From assembly GCA_902626065.1 (NCBI GenBank), contig CACODT010000001.1, forward strand, positions 221,728 through 285,727: a DNA stretch of 64,000 nt. Reading direction: 5' to 3'. Made by a program: the position numbers and the translations under genes. Source of the stretch: an uncultured Candidatus Actinomarina sp. GTDB lineage: Bacteria; Actinomycetota; Acidimicrobiia; Actinomarinales; Actinomarinaceae. Each line of letters opens with the position of its first letter. Position 1 is the first letter of the stretch. Below the pieces are notes generated by a model. That model had not been told where the DNA came from and ran no database searches. It saw only the letters and a list, made by a program, of their open reading frames with translations. This document shows positions 30,669-40,387 of this stretch, in pieces.

Positions 30669-31802
30669 CTAAAGACCTTTCTCTACTGCTAATTTTGCTG
30701 CTGAATCCATTGATCCTTCTATAAAAATTTTGTCATTTGGGTTTTCCTTCAGCAATTCGAGTCCCTCTAATGAATTTGTTCCATCTAACCTTATAATAAT
30801 TGGCCAAACAAGTTTTTTTCCTTTGGTAGCTTCAATTATTCCTTCTGCAACTAAATCACACCTTGTGATGCCGCCAAATATATTTATTAAAACTGACTTA
30901 ACGTTTTCGTCAGCTTCTAATACCTCCAGTGCCGAACTGACAGTTTCTGCTTTTGCTCCACCACCAATATCTAAAAAGTTTGCCGCTTTTCCTCCATTTT
31001 CTGCAACAACGTCGAGTGTCGACATAACTAAGCCTGCTCCATTTCCAATGATCCCAACTGTACCTTCTAGCTTTATAAAATTTAAACCTTTTTCTTTTGC
31101 ATATTTTTCAGAATCTGGAATTGGTATTTCTTCTTCTAGATCCTCAAAATATGTATGTTTGTACTTAGCATTCATATCTAATGCAACTTTTGAATCAAGT
31201 GCCATTACTCCCTCATCAGTAATCGCAAGAGGGTTTACTTCTACTAAGTCACAATCTCCTTCTATGAACATTTGATACAAATTTTGTATGATTTCTGAAA
31301 GACTTTCTTCGTAATCTTGATTTAAATTAGCTTCATGAATTAATTCTGAAATAGTTGATGAAGTTAATTTTTCTGATGGACTTACATGAAATTTAACCAA
31401 GTCATCAGGGTTTTCTGCAGCCACCTGCTCAATGTCCATACCGCCTTTTGCACTCAACATTATTAGATATTTTTTTTCTGACCTATCAAGAGTAAAAGAG
31501 ATGTAGTATTCCTCTAAAATATTGGAAGCTTCTTCTAAAAGAAGAACTTCAACCAGATGACCCTTTATATCCATACCTAATATTTCTTCGGAATGTTGTT
31601 TTAATTCAGTACTGTTATGAGCCACTTTGATACCACCAGCTTTTCCTCTTCCACCAACTTGTACTTGAGCTTTTACAACAATAGGAAAATTTAAATCTAT
31701 AGACTCTTCAATTTCATCAATATTTTTGATAAGTTTTGATTTCGGATGATTTATATTAAATTTTTGATATAAAGATTTTCCCTGATACTCAAATAAATCC
31801 AT
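30669..31802 (-). CDS. sucC: succinyl-CoA ligase subunit beta
   Basis: ATP-grasp N-terminus (VKAQVQVGGRGKAGG) and the CoA-ligase domain. Its stop abuts the sucD start. Confidence 0.95.
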   Translation of the reverse strand: MDLFEYQGKSLYQKFNINHPKSKLIKNIDEIEESIDLNFPIVVKAQVQVGGRGKAGGIKVAHNSTELKQHSEEILGMDIKGHLVEVLLLEEASNILEEYYISFTLDRSEKKYLIMLSAKGGMDIEQVAAENPDDLVKFHVSPSEKLTSSTISELIHEANLNQDYEESLSEIIQNLYQMFIEGDCDLVEVNPLAITDEGVMALDSKVALDMNAKYKHTYFEDLEEEIPIPDSEKYAKEKGLNFIKLEGTVGIIGNGAGLVMSTLDVVAENGGKAANFLDIGGGAKAETVSSALEVLEADENVKSVLINIFGGITRCDLVAEGIIEATKGKKLVWPIIIRLDGTNSLEGLELLKENPNDKIFIEGSMDSAAKLAVEKGL

Positions 31803-31848
31803 TACTCCCCCAAAGATTCTATATTACCAAATTCAAGTATTAAAGATA

Positions 31849-33981
31849 TCATTCAAACTTTATTGGTGCCCATTCAATATCTAAATGTTTAATTCCATGT
31901 TCATCACCAAAATTAACTGTAATTTCGTTACCATTTACTTCTTCAACAATTCCTGATCCGTATTTTTCATGTATCACTTTCTTACCGAGATTGTTTTCAG
32001 AATATATATTGCTTTCGGTTGACTCTTGTTGTGTTTTTATTTCTTTCAAATAGGGTTTAGCTTCATCAATGAAACGACTTGGTAGATAATAATTTGTTCC
32101 TCCCCACATTGTTCTTGTATTTGAATAACTCAAATAAAGTTTTTTCTCAGCTCTTGTCATTCCAACATAACAAAGTCTTCGTTCCTCCTGAATTTCAAAG
32201 TCACTTTCAGACCTTTGACTTGGAAAAATATTTTCTTCCATTCCGGTAATAAAGACAGCGGGAAATTCTAAGCCTTTTGCGTTGTGCAGGGTCATAAGTA
32301 ATATCCTATCTTCCTGATTAACATCGTCAGAGTCAGTGAATAACGCTATTGATTCTAAATAGTCTCTTAAAACGGTAAATGGATCTTCAACTTCTTCCTC
32401 ATATAAGTTCTCAAACTCAAATGCAGATGTTAGTAACTCATCAAGATTTTCTAATCTCATTTGAGATTCGAGTGTCCCTTCTTTTACTAGTTCATCTTTA
32501 TATCCAGTTAATTCAAGAGTTTTAGTAATTGTTATTGAAGGACCTTGTAGAGCAAAAGTTTTTAACTCATTTATTATTTCTTGAAAATTGATAATTTGCT
32601 TTTTAGCTCTTTCAGATAGATTAGAAATTTTGCTTAAATTATTAATTGATTCTGATAAAGATATCTCATTAGTATTGGAATAATCCCTTAATTTTTGAAG
32701 CGTAGATTCACCAATGCCTCTTTTTGGTACATTTAATATTCTCTCGAATGAAATTGTATCTTCAGGATTAATAAGAAAATTCAAATATGAAATGATATCT
32801 TTGATCTCTTTCCTGTCGTAAAATCTTACATTTCCAACTACTTTGTAATTTAAACTAAGTTTTCTAAGTTCCTCCTCAAACAGTCTCGATTGATTATTTG
32901 TTCTATAAAATATTGCAATTTCACTGTATTCATTTTGATTTAAAAGTTTATTTATTTCATCAGCTATCCATTTTGATTCATCTCTTTCTGAATTAAATTC
33001 AATCAAATTTACATCTAAACCAACTTCATTTTCAGTCCACAATTTTTTCTCTTTATTTCGTGGATTGTTTGATATTACTGCGTTTGCAATATCTAAAATT
33101 TTTTGAGATGATCGATAATTTTTTTCGAGCGATATTACTTTTGCATTTCTAAAATCATTTTCAAATTCTTGGATATTTCTTATATCCGCTCCTCGAAAAG
33201 CATATATGCTTTGGTCAGAATCACCCACAACGCATATATTTTTATACTTTGAGGCAAGAAGCTCTACAAGACGATATTGAACCATATTGGTATCTTGATA
33301 TTCATCAATCATGATGTATTTAAACTTAGAAGACCAATAATCTAAAGACTTATCACTTGTTTCTAAAAGCTCTACTGCTTTTACTAATAAATCATCAAAA
33401 TCCATTGAATTAGCTAGCATTAATTTCTTTTGATAAGAAGAGTAAACTTCAGCAACTTTTACATCAAAAAATGACTGTGCAAACTCAATAGCTTCTCCGG
33501 GTAAAATTCTCTGATTTTTAAGCGAGGAAATGTGTGCTTGAATTCTTTTAGGTGAGTATTGTTTTGTGTCAATATCAGAATCTTTCATGCAATTACGTAT
33601 TAGTTTTGTTGAATCACTTTGATCATAAATTGTAAAATTATTGTTGAATCCTATATGATGTCCATGGATTCTTAACATTTTTACACAAAGACTGTGAAAA
33701 GTTGATATCCATTTTGGTGATAACTCAAGATTCAATAATTGACTAATTCTTTCTTTCATTTCGTTTGCAGCTTTATTTGTAAATGTTATTGCAAGTATAT
33801 TTTCAAAATTGATTCCATATGTTTTTATCAAATGTGCATACCTGTAGGTTAAAACTCTCGTTTTTCCTGAACCTGCACCAGCTATTATTAACAGTGGCCC
33901 TTGAATGTTTTCAATTGCTTCTTTCTGTTCACTGTTAAGTAGTCCTGACCATTCTTCAGGTAATGGTTTTATTTTGTTCAT
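31849..33981 (-). CDS. pcrA: ATP-dependent DNA helicase PcrA/UvrD
   Basis: GAGSGKTRVLTYR Walker A, DEYQDTN and C-terminal Tudor-like tail (GSGIVEEVNGNEITVNF). Confidence 0.85.
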   Translation of the reverse strand: MNKIKPLPEEWSGLLNSEQKEAIENIQGPLLIIAGAGSGKTRVLTYRYAHLIKTYGINFENILAITFTNKAANEMKERISQLLNLELSPKWISTFHSLCVKMLRIHGHHIGFNNNFTIYDQSDSTKLIRNCMKDSDIDTKQYSPKRIQAHISSLKNQRILPGEAIEFAQSFFDVKVAEVYSSYQKKLMLANSMDFDDLLVKAVELLETSDKSLDYWSSKFKYIMIDEYQDTNMVQYRLVELLASKYKNICVVGDSDQSIYAFRGADIRNIQEFENDFRNAKVISLEKNYRSSQKILDIANAVISNNPRNKEKKLWTENEVGLDVNLIEFNSERDESKWIADEINKLLNQNEYSEIAIFYRTNNQSRLFEEELRKLSLNYKVVGNVRFYDRKEIKDIISYLNFLINPEDTISFERILNVPKRGIGESTLQKLRDYSNTNEISLSESINNLSKISNLSERAKKQIINFQEIINELKTFALQGPSITITKTLELTGYKDELVKEGTLESQMRLENLDELLTSAFEFENLYEEEVEDPFTVLRDYLESIALFTDSDDVNQEDRILLMTLHNAKGLEFPAVFITGMEENIFPSQRSESDFEIQEERRLCYVGMTRAEKKLYLSYSNTRTMWGGTNYYLPSRFIDEAKPYLKEIKTQQESTESNIYSENNLGKKVIHEKYGSGIVEEVNGNEITVNFGDEHGIKHLDIEWAPIKFE

Positions 33982-33991
33982 TTTTTAGGAA

Positions 33992-34963
33992 TTAAACTCC
34001 AACAATCGCGCTTACTTCATCCATTGTTTTTTTTGCAGAATCTTTAACATCATCAAGGTGATCTCTTATTAATGAAGATATATCTCCATCACTAAGTGAT
34101 TCGTATTTTTCTCTTAATGGCTCTAAATAACTTACAACGGTTTCTCCAACCTCAATCTTAAACTCTCCATATGACGAATTTTTAAATTTAATTTCGACGT
34201 CTTCATGTGACATATCATGTAAAGTCGAGTAAATATCAATCAAATTGCTAATACCTTTTTTGTTTTCAATATCGAATTTAATCTCATTTTCTGAATCAGT
34301 TACTGATGACTTAAATTTTTTGATTATTTCGTCTTTTGAGTCATCAAAATATATAGTTCCATTCAGATCATCATTACTTTTTGACATTTTGTTATCCGGA
34401 TGGCGAAGAGACATTAAGCGCGCACCTGCTTTACCACTAGTTTTTTCAGGTAATGGAAAATATTCAGTATAAGCATTATTAAACCTTTCAACTATATTTC
34501 TTGTAAGTTCTAAGTGCTGTGTTTGATCATCTCCAACAGGAACTTCATTTGCTTTATGGATTAAAATATCTGCCGCCATAAGTATTGGATAAGTCAAAAT
34601 TCCAGCATGACTACCAAGTTGATCAGATTTTTCTTTAAACTGAGTCATTCTTTGTAACTCCCCTATCTGACAGAAGTTTGATAATATCCATGAAAGCTGA
34701 ACATGTTCTGGAACATTACTTTGAATATAGATTTTTGAATTTTTTTGATTTATTCCGGATGAAACCAAAACCTTGATTGTTTCTTGTATATTTTCTTGCA
34801 TTTTAGAAGGGTCGGGATGAGTTGTTAAAGAATGAAGATCAACTACACAAAAATAATTTTTAGACTCTTCGTTTGATAAACTTACCCAATTATTTATTGC
34901 TCCTAACAAATTACCAAGGTGCACCTTACCAGTAGGCTGAATTCCTGAAAAAACTGTTTTCAT
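33992..34963 (-). CDS. trpS: tryptophan--tRNA ligase
   Basis: Class I HIGH-like (TGKVHLGN) and KMSKS motifs. 323 aa. Confidence 0.9.
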   Translation of the reverse strand: MKTVFSGIQPTGKVHLGNLLGAINNWVSLSNEESKNYFCVVDLHSLTTHPDPSKMQENIQETIKVLVSSGINQKNSKIYIQSNVPEHVQLSWILSNFCQIGELQRMTQFKEKSDQLGSHAGILTYPILMAADILIHKANEVPVGDDQTQHLELTRNIVERFNNAYTEYFPLPEKTSGKAGARLMSLRHPDNKMSKSNDDLNGTIYFDDSKDEIIKKFKSSVTDSENEIKFDIENKKGISNLIDIYSTLHDMSHEDVEIKFKNSSYGEFKIEVGETVVSYLEPLREKYESLSDGDISSLIRDHLDDVKDSAKKTMDEVSAIVGV

Positions 34964-35067
34964 ATCTGCTATTCTAATAAACTAAATCGAAATGGAGTAA
35001 CTTTATAAAACCCATCAATCCGATATCAGCTTATACAGGACTCAGAAATATAGTTCTTATTGGGTCA

Positions 35068-35910
35068 TTGTTTGGTTTTCATGGATTGCTCAATAGAAGC
35101 TTATTAATTGATGGAATAAATGAGAATTTTATAGTTACTGCAAGAATAACTATTGTCACTCTCCTTCTAGGAATCTATTGTCTTAAAGAGTTTATTAATG
35201 AAATAAATATTGAATTTTTTCTAAAAGGAAGTTTTACAGGTATTCTTGCCATTTTCATACCTGGTTGGACATTTATTTATGCTTTAAAAAACATTTCCTC
35301 TGGACTTCAAAGTATTTTTATATCTACAATCCCGTTATTTACTGTTTTTTGGGTTCTGCTATTTTTTAAGGAAGAAAAAATAACAAAACTTAAAATTATT
35401 TCTGTACTTATTGGATTAATTGGTTTAATTATTCTTTTTTTATCTGGTGCAACTGGATTGGAGGGAGAGGGAAATCTTATAGTAGGTGGTGTACTTGCAC
35501 TTATTGGAGTCCAAGGGTTGGCTTTAAGTAATATTACAAATAAAAAACATTCTCAATATATTCCAGCAAAAACTTATCTTTTTACACAATGGCTCGTTGG
35601 ATGCATAATCTCAATCGGAATTTTCTTTTCTCTTGGAGGAGTTGTGGATACTTTAAATGTATCTGAATTTTCAAAACTCATGGGGCTAGTTTTTATCGAC
35701 ATATTTAACTACTCTTTATTTTTTTATACTATAAAAAGACTATCAGCAACATTTACAACCCTGGTTGATTATGTAGTTCCTACTGTAGGAATAGCTGTAG
35801 GTTATATTTTCTTGGATGAAATTGTAAACAACGTTTTTTACGTAACATTATTACTTATTTTTATTTCATTGTATTTAGCTGTTCGCGAAGAAGCTGAAAC
35901 TTTATCCTAA
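35068..35910 (+). CDS. EamA/DMT-superfamily transporter
   Basis: About 10 TM with two EamA-like halves. Confidence 0.55.
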   Translation: MFGFHGLLNRSLLIDGINENFIVTARITIVTLLLGIYCLKEFINEINIEFFLKGSFTGILAIFIPGWTFIYALKNISSGLQSIFISTIPLFTVFWVLLFFKEEKITKLKIISVLIGLIGLIILFLSGATGLEGEGNLIVGGVLALIGVQGLALSNITNKKHSQYIPAKTYLFTQWLVGCIISIGIFFSLGGVVDTLNVSEFSKLMGLVFIDIFNYSLFFYTIKRLSATFTTLVDYVVPTVGIAVGYIFLDEIVNNVFYVTLLLIFISLYLAVREEAETLS

Positions 35911-36411
35911 TTCAATTTCCAATAATTCTCTTGTCATATAAGCAGTTGCGCCCCAAAGAATTTCATTCTCAAAAGGATAAATCCAATCATTTTCATAATT
36001 TCCTCGATACTTCCAATTTTTTGCATTTTTTAGATCAAGAATATTTAAATAGAATACTCCCTGCACCTCATCGGGATTATAGCTTTCTGGCCTGTGTTCT
36101 CCTTCGCAAACAATTGGAAAAACTTCAAACTTATACTCAACGGTATCAACAGAATTAAGTTTTCCAATGGGAGTAATTGTTGATTTGTTTATAAACAATT
36201 CTTCTTCAACTTCTCTTAAAGCTGTTTCAACAATGTTTAAATCAGAATTGTCTTTCTTACCACCTGGAAAAGCTATATGCCCTTTGTGGGTAGGTAAATG
36301 ATCAGATCGTTTAATAAAGAGAATATCTTTTTTTTCAAATATTAAGATAGCTACAGACGCATAGTCTCCTTTTAAAGTTAAAAAAGGAACATCTAAATTC
36401 TTAAAGTGCAA
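35902..36411 (-). CDS. NUDIX hydrolase (CoA pyrophosphatase-like)
   Basis: Nudix box GGKKDNSDLNIVETALREVEEELF. Confidence 0.65.
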   Translation of the reverse strand: MHFKNLDVPFLTLKGDYASVAILIFEKKDILFIKRSDHLPTHKGHIAFPGGKKDNSDLNIVETALREVEEELFINKSTITPIGKLNSVDTVEYKFEVFPIVCEGEHRPESYNPDEVQGVFYLNILDLKNAKNWKYRGNYENDWIYPFENEILWGATAYMTRELLEIELG

Positions 36412-36413
36412 TA

Positions 36414-37154
36414 TTAACCTGATGATTTTTCAGCAACAAAATCAATTTCAATACCTATTGGATTAAGAACTTCCCAGGCATTAAATTTTGTTGGTGCATC
36501 AAATCCGAACCAAGTTGTGTCAATTTCTGTAACTCCTGAAATAAAAATAGAATCATTTTGCATATAAGCAGTTACAGAAAAGGGTATATTGACTTCGATA
36601 TTTCTTATTGTTAGAACGCCAACAACAGTTTCATCAATTTTTGAGTCAAAATTATTATTAGGTAAAACTAATTCTTCAATTTTATATATCGCGCTTGGAA
36701 ATAATTTTGATTCTAACCAATTATTTTTTATCGCTCCATCACGGATAGAACTGCCACTTTTTAAAGTAGATAAATCTACAGAAATTAAAAGGTTTGATAT
36801 GTAGAGACAAGAATCTGCTTGGTCGCACTCGTCTAAAGTTAATTCGAAACCACCATTTATTACATTTGTTGTTCCACGTACTATCTCTAGATTTGAATTT
36901 AAAAAGTCTTTGGGTGCTAAGTAGCTTGCAGTACTTTTTTCTTGATTAATAGTAAAAAGATTGTCTGTGAATTTTTCAACCTGCTCCACAACAACTGAAG
37001 TTGTAGTTTCTGAACTTTCAGGTTCTTGATTGTCAGCAATTAAAGTTTCATTCTCATCAACCTCAATCAATGTAGATTCTTGAGGAAGCTCATTTTGTTG
37101 CGAACAAAATGAAAGAAATAATACTAGTGTCAATATTTTTGTTTTTTGAATCAT
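36414..37154 (-). CDS. secreted/lipoprotein with YceI-like C-terminal domain
   Basis: Signal peptide with Cys (LSFCSQQ), an acidic linker and a C-terminal ~170 aa resembling the YceI fold pattern (SGSSIRDGAIKNNWLES..., ...GIEIDFVAEK). Confidence 0.4.
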   Translation of the reverse strand: MIQKTKILTLVLFLSFCSQQNELPQESTLIEVDENETLIADNQEPESSETTTSVVVEQVEKFTDNLFTINQEKSTASYLAPKDFLNSNLEIVRGTTNVINGGFELTLDECDQADSCLYISNLLISVDLSTLKSGSSIRDGAIKNNWLESKLFPSAIYKIEELVLPNNNFDSKIDETVVGVLTIRNIEVNIPFSVTAYMQNDSIFISGVTEIDTTWFGFDAPTKFNAWEVLNPIGIEIDFVAEKSSG

Positions 37155-37193
37155 AGATTCTATATTAACTCTTTAAAAATGTTAGATTAAATT

Positions 37194-37781
37194 ATGTCTT
37201 TAGGCTTAAGAAAATATTTACAAGCATTTTTTGGAATTACGTTTATTGGAATAGGTGTCGCTTTTAATTATACGGCAAATTTAGGTCTTGGACCATGGGG
37301 CGTTTTTCATGACGGTATATCAAAGACAATCGGAATAACTTATGGCCAGGCAGGTATTCTAACTTCTTTGTTAACCCTGTTTCTATGGATTCCATTAAAA
37401 CAAAAACCGGGAATAGCAACAATATTTGACGCATTTTGGATTGGTCTTACAGCTGATTTCGTTATAAATTTAATGAGTTTCTCAGAACAAATATTTATTC
37501 AATATTTATCACTTTTCACTGGAATTACTTTGATTGGACTCGGTACAGCAATCTATGTTGGAGGAGATCTTGGTGCAGGACCAAGAGATGGTGTAATGGT
37601 TGGGTTAGAGCAAAAAGGCTTAAAAATTGGAACTGCCAGAACAATAATTGAAGCAGTTGCTTTTACTTGTGGATTTTTACTTGGAGGAAAAATAGGAATT
37701 GCATCATTAATTATTGTTTTTTCAGTGGGAAGGGTTGTTCAGTATTTCATTCCATACTTTGATTTAAGAAATAAAAAATAA
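37194..37781 (+). CDS. membrane protein, YitT/YczE-like (DUF161-type)
   Basis: 195 aa, about 5 TM and Gly-rich helices. Confidence 0.35.
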   Translation: MSLGLRKYLQAFFGITFIGIGVAFNYTANLGLGPWGVFHDGISKTIGITYGQAGILTSLLTLFLWIPLKQKPGIATIFDAFWIGLTADFVINLMSFSEQIFIQYLSLFTGITLIGLGTAIYVGGDLGAGPRDGVMVGLEQKGLKIGTARTIIEAVAFTCGFLLGGKIGIASLIIVFSVGRVVQYFIPYFDLRNKK

Positions 37782-37812
37782 AATACATTTGTTAAATTCA
37801 ATATTATAAACT

Positions 37813-38547
37813 GTGCTTATGGAACCCATAAGTTTTGAAACAAAGCTAAAAACATTAATTTTATTTCCATTATTTTTAGTTTTATTCGGAATCTTAATAA
37901 TTCTTATAATACTTACAGTCTTTATTCCTAATGGAAAAAAATTAGCTACAAAATATTATAAATTTTTTGGATGGCTGGGGCTTAAAATGGTTGGAATCAA
38001 TTTGACTGTATCAGGTTTAGATTATATCGATATATCAAAAAGTTACGTTGTTGTATCAAACCATCCCTCAACCTTAGATATATTTACTCATATTTATGGC
38101 CTGCCAGTCTCAGTAAGATTTTTGACAAAAAGAGAACTATTTCGAATACCATTTTTAAGTAGAGTCTTAAAAATATTAGGTCTACCCCGAATAGACAGGG
38201 GTAGCTCATCACTAGATTTAGATAAAATTAATAATTCGATACAAAGTGTAATTGATGATGGAAATTCAATAATGGTTTTTCCAGAAGGAAAAAGAAGTAA
38301 CCAAAAAGAACTTCTCCCCTTTAAAAAAGGTGCTGCCCATATTGCTAAAGATTTTAATCTTTCTGTGATTCCTGTCGTAACACATAATGCTCATACGTTA
38401 ATGATTAAGGGCAAAGTTTGGTTCTTATCTGGAGATATTCATTTAGATATTTTAGAACCTATTAACAATGTTGAAGAGTTAGAGGTTGATGAGTTAACTC
38501 AATTATTCTTTGATAAGATTAATTCAAAGTTAACTATTGATAAATAA
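37813..38547 (+). CDS. plsC: 1-acyl-sn-glycerol-3-phosphate acyltransferase
   Basis: N-terminal TM, NHPSTLD (Hx4D acyltransferase motif) and FPEGKRS. Confidence 0.75.
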   Translation: MLMEPISFETKLKTLILFPLFLVLFGILIILIILTVFIPNGKKLATKYYKFFGWLGLKMVGINLTVSGLDYIDISKSYVVVSNHPSTLDIFTHIYGLPVSVRFLTKRELFRIPFLSRVLKILGLPRIDRGSSSLDLDKINNSIQSVIDDGNSIMVFPEGKRSNQKELLPFKKGAAHIAKDFNLSVIPVVTHNAHTLMIKGKVWFLSGDIHLDILEPINNVEELEVDELTQLFFDKINSKLTIDK

Positions 38548-39072
38548 CTTTATAAAATCGAAGTAATCTTCTTTTAATTTTTTGTTTGTTTTTAATTCTT
38601 CAACTTTTCTGTCTTCATTGAAAAGAAAAAAGTTTTCATGTACATTGAGACCGTAATTTTTTAATTGTTGACTTAATAAATTAAATGCGTTTCCAGCATT
38701 TGACCCCTTACCATCAACAGAACTAATGACTGCTGCAGATTTATCTTTGAATAACTCGTTATATGAGTAATCATCAAAACTCAATGAAAGCCAATCAAGT
38801 AAATTTTTCAGATGAGAGACATACCCTCCATTAAAAACCGGACTAAAGATAAGAATTTTCGAAATCTCAATTAAATCATCTCTTACTTTTACTACATACT
38901 CTGGCTGGTCGTCATTGTAATCTCTCAGAAAGGGAACATTTTCAAAAAAATCATCATATAAGCTACAGTCATTATTCAATTCACTACATATAAAATCATC
39001 TGCAATTTTAGCTGCTTCATTATTTCTTGACTCTGGTCTAGTTCCAGCTGATAAAAGCAATATTTTTGACAT
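38530..39072 (-). CDS. flavodoxin-fold NAD(P)H-dependent FMN reductase-like protein
   Basis: MSKILLLSAGTRPESRN N-terminus typical of FMN_red/flavodoxin-like proteins. Confidence 0.45.
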   Translation of the reverse strand: MSKILLLSAGTRPESRNNEAAKIADDFICSELNNDCSLYDDFFENVPFLRDYNDDQPEYVVKVRDDLIEISKILIFSPVFNGGYVSHLKNLLDWLSLSFDDYSYNELFKDKSAAVISSVDGKGSNAGNAFNLLSQQLKNYGLNVHENFFLFNEDRKVEELKTNKKLKEDYFDFIKLFINS

Positions 39073-39102
39073 AGGTCAATTATGTTATAAGATACTTTTT
39101 AT

Positions 39103-39435
39103 ATGAGTACTAATATTGAAAATTTTGAAAGTCTTGACATTAGAGTTGGAATAATCTTGTCAGCAGAAGTTTTTCATGAGGCAAAAAAGCCTGCTTACAT
39201 TCTAAAAATTGATTTTGGTGATGAAGTAGGTATTAAAAAGAGTAGTGCACAAATAACAAACTACGAAATAGAACAGCTCATTGGGTTTAAATGTATTGGA
39301 GTTATAAATCTGGGAGATAAACAAATTGGGCCAATTGTTAGTCAATGTCTAATACTTGGATCTGTTGATAATGAAGGAAATGTCCTTCTTCTTGAACCAA
39401 GTGCAAACTCGAACTTAGGAGACAGGGTATCCTAA
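39103..39435 (+). CDS. tRNA-binding domain protein (CsaA/YgjH-like)
   Basis: 110 aa OB-fold: LDIRVGIILSAEV...GIKKSSAQ...GVINLG, matching the EMAP/Trbp111 tRNA-binding domain. Confidence 0.7.
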   Translation: MSTNIENFESLDIRVGIILSAEVFHEAKKPAYILKIDFGDEVGIKKSSAQITNYEIEQLIGFKCIGVINLGDKQIGPIVSQCLILGSVDNEGNVLLLEPSANSNLGDRVS

Positions 39436-39905
39436 CTAACTAATGAATCGAACTTTTCGATGTTAAATGTACCAACCCTTTTATAAATTTTTTCACCAAA
39501 TTTATCTACAAGAACATAGGTTGGTGTGTACCTTAAATTATATTTTTTAGAAATTTCGAGGTAGCCTTTTTTTGACGCGTTAACCGATACTATTGGAATG
39601 TTTTTATGATTTTTTTGAAATTCATTAACTATGAATTTTGAAGCGGTGCAACCCAGTCAATAATCAGAGTAAAATTCTATTATTGTAAATTCGTGGTTTG
39701 AAAAATTATGATCATCTAAAATCAAACCTCTTTTCGAATTAAATAAATACAATCCAAAAAATGTTCCGATTACAAAGAAACTTAAGATATAAAGCACGAT
39801 AGAAGGTTCAAAAGCAATAAAGAAAATTCCTAATCCTATTATCCAACCCAAAGGGAGATAGATTAGGCTATATCTATTTACAAACTTTAAAAGAATTTTT
39901 TTCAT
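39432..39905 (-). CDS. membrane-anchored thioredoxin-fold protein with in-frame TGA at the CxxC position (candidate selenoprotein, or a pseudogene)
   Basis: The track ORF 39657..39905 (2 TM, ends ...FTIIEFYSDY) stops at a TGA at 39659..39657. The same frame continues 74 codons to a TAG at 39434..39432: LGCTASKFIVNEFQKNHKNIPIVSVNASKKGYLEISKKYNLRYTPTYVLVDKFGEKIYKRVGTFNIEKFDSLVS. This aligns with thioredoxin FWAEW-C-GP-C as FYSDY-[TGA]-LG-C, i.e. U-x-x-C, with a cis-Pro (YTPTYVL) region. Confidence 0.45.
39618..39638 (-). promoter_or_regulatory. candidate bacterial SECIS-like hairpin downstream of the in-frame UGA
   Basis: The mRNA AAAUUCAU-AGUUA-AUGAAUUU forms an 8-bp stem with a 5-nt loop containing GU. 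The stem begins 19 nt after the UGA and the loop G is 28 nt after the UGA (within the 16-37 nt window used for bSECIS). Confidence 0.3.
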
Positions 39906-39938
39906 ATTTTCAATCTTTTCACAAATTATACTTTAATT

Positions 39939-40349
39939 ATGGACCTGATAAGTGAACTCAAAAAAAATGGTAACCGCATTACTGAATCAAGAAGTACTCT
40001 TTGTAAAATTTTAGAAGATTCAGGCCATGAACACTTTACAGCTGAAGAACTCTATCAGTTGGCATTAAAAAGAGTAAAAGATATTGATTTAGCAACCGTA
40101 TACAGAACATTAGAAATACTTGAATCTTTAGAACTTGTGGAACACTCTCATCAACAACATGGTTCTGGGATTTACTATTTAAAAAAACAGGAAAGAAGTG
40201 CACATATTGTTTGTAAGGCATGTAATAAAATTGAAGATATTCCAATAAATATAATGAATTCTGTAGAGGAAATGATTGAAAAAAAATCAAACTTTAAGTT
40301 AGTAAATAATCATTTTGTTTACACAGGTCTTTGTAATAAATGTAAATAA
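39939..40349 (+). CDS. Fur-family metalloregulator (Zur/Nur/PerR-like)
   Basis: ATVYRTL recognition helix, HEHF and a CxxC...CxxC pair (CKACN, CNKCK). It is divergent from the Trx-like gene and directly upstream of ecfT/ecfA. Confidence 0.8.
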   Translation: MDLISELKKNGNRITESRSTLCKILEDSGHEHFTAEELYQLALKRVKDIDLATVYRTLEILESLELVEHSHQQHGSGIYYLKKQERSAHIVCKACNKIEDIPINIMNSVEEMIEKKSNFKLVNNHFVYTGLCNKCK

Positions 40350-40387
40350 ATATTTTTATTGCAATTGATTTGCATTAATATGTTGTC

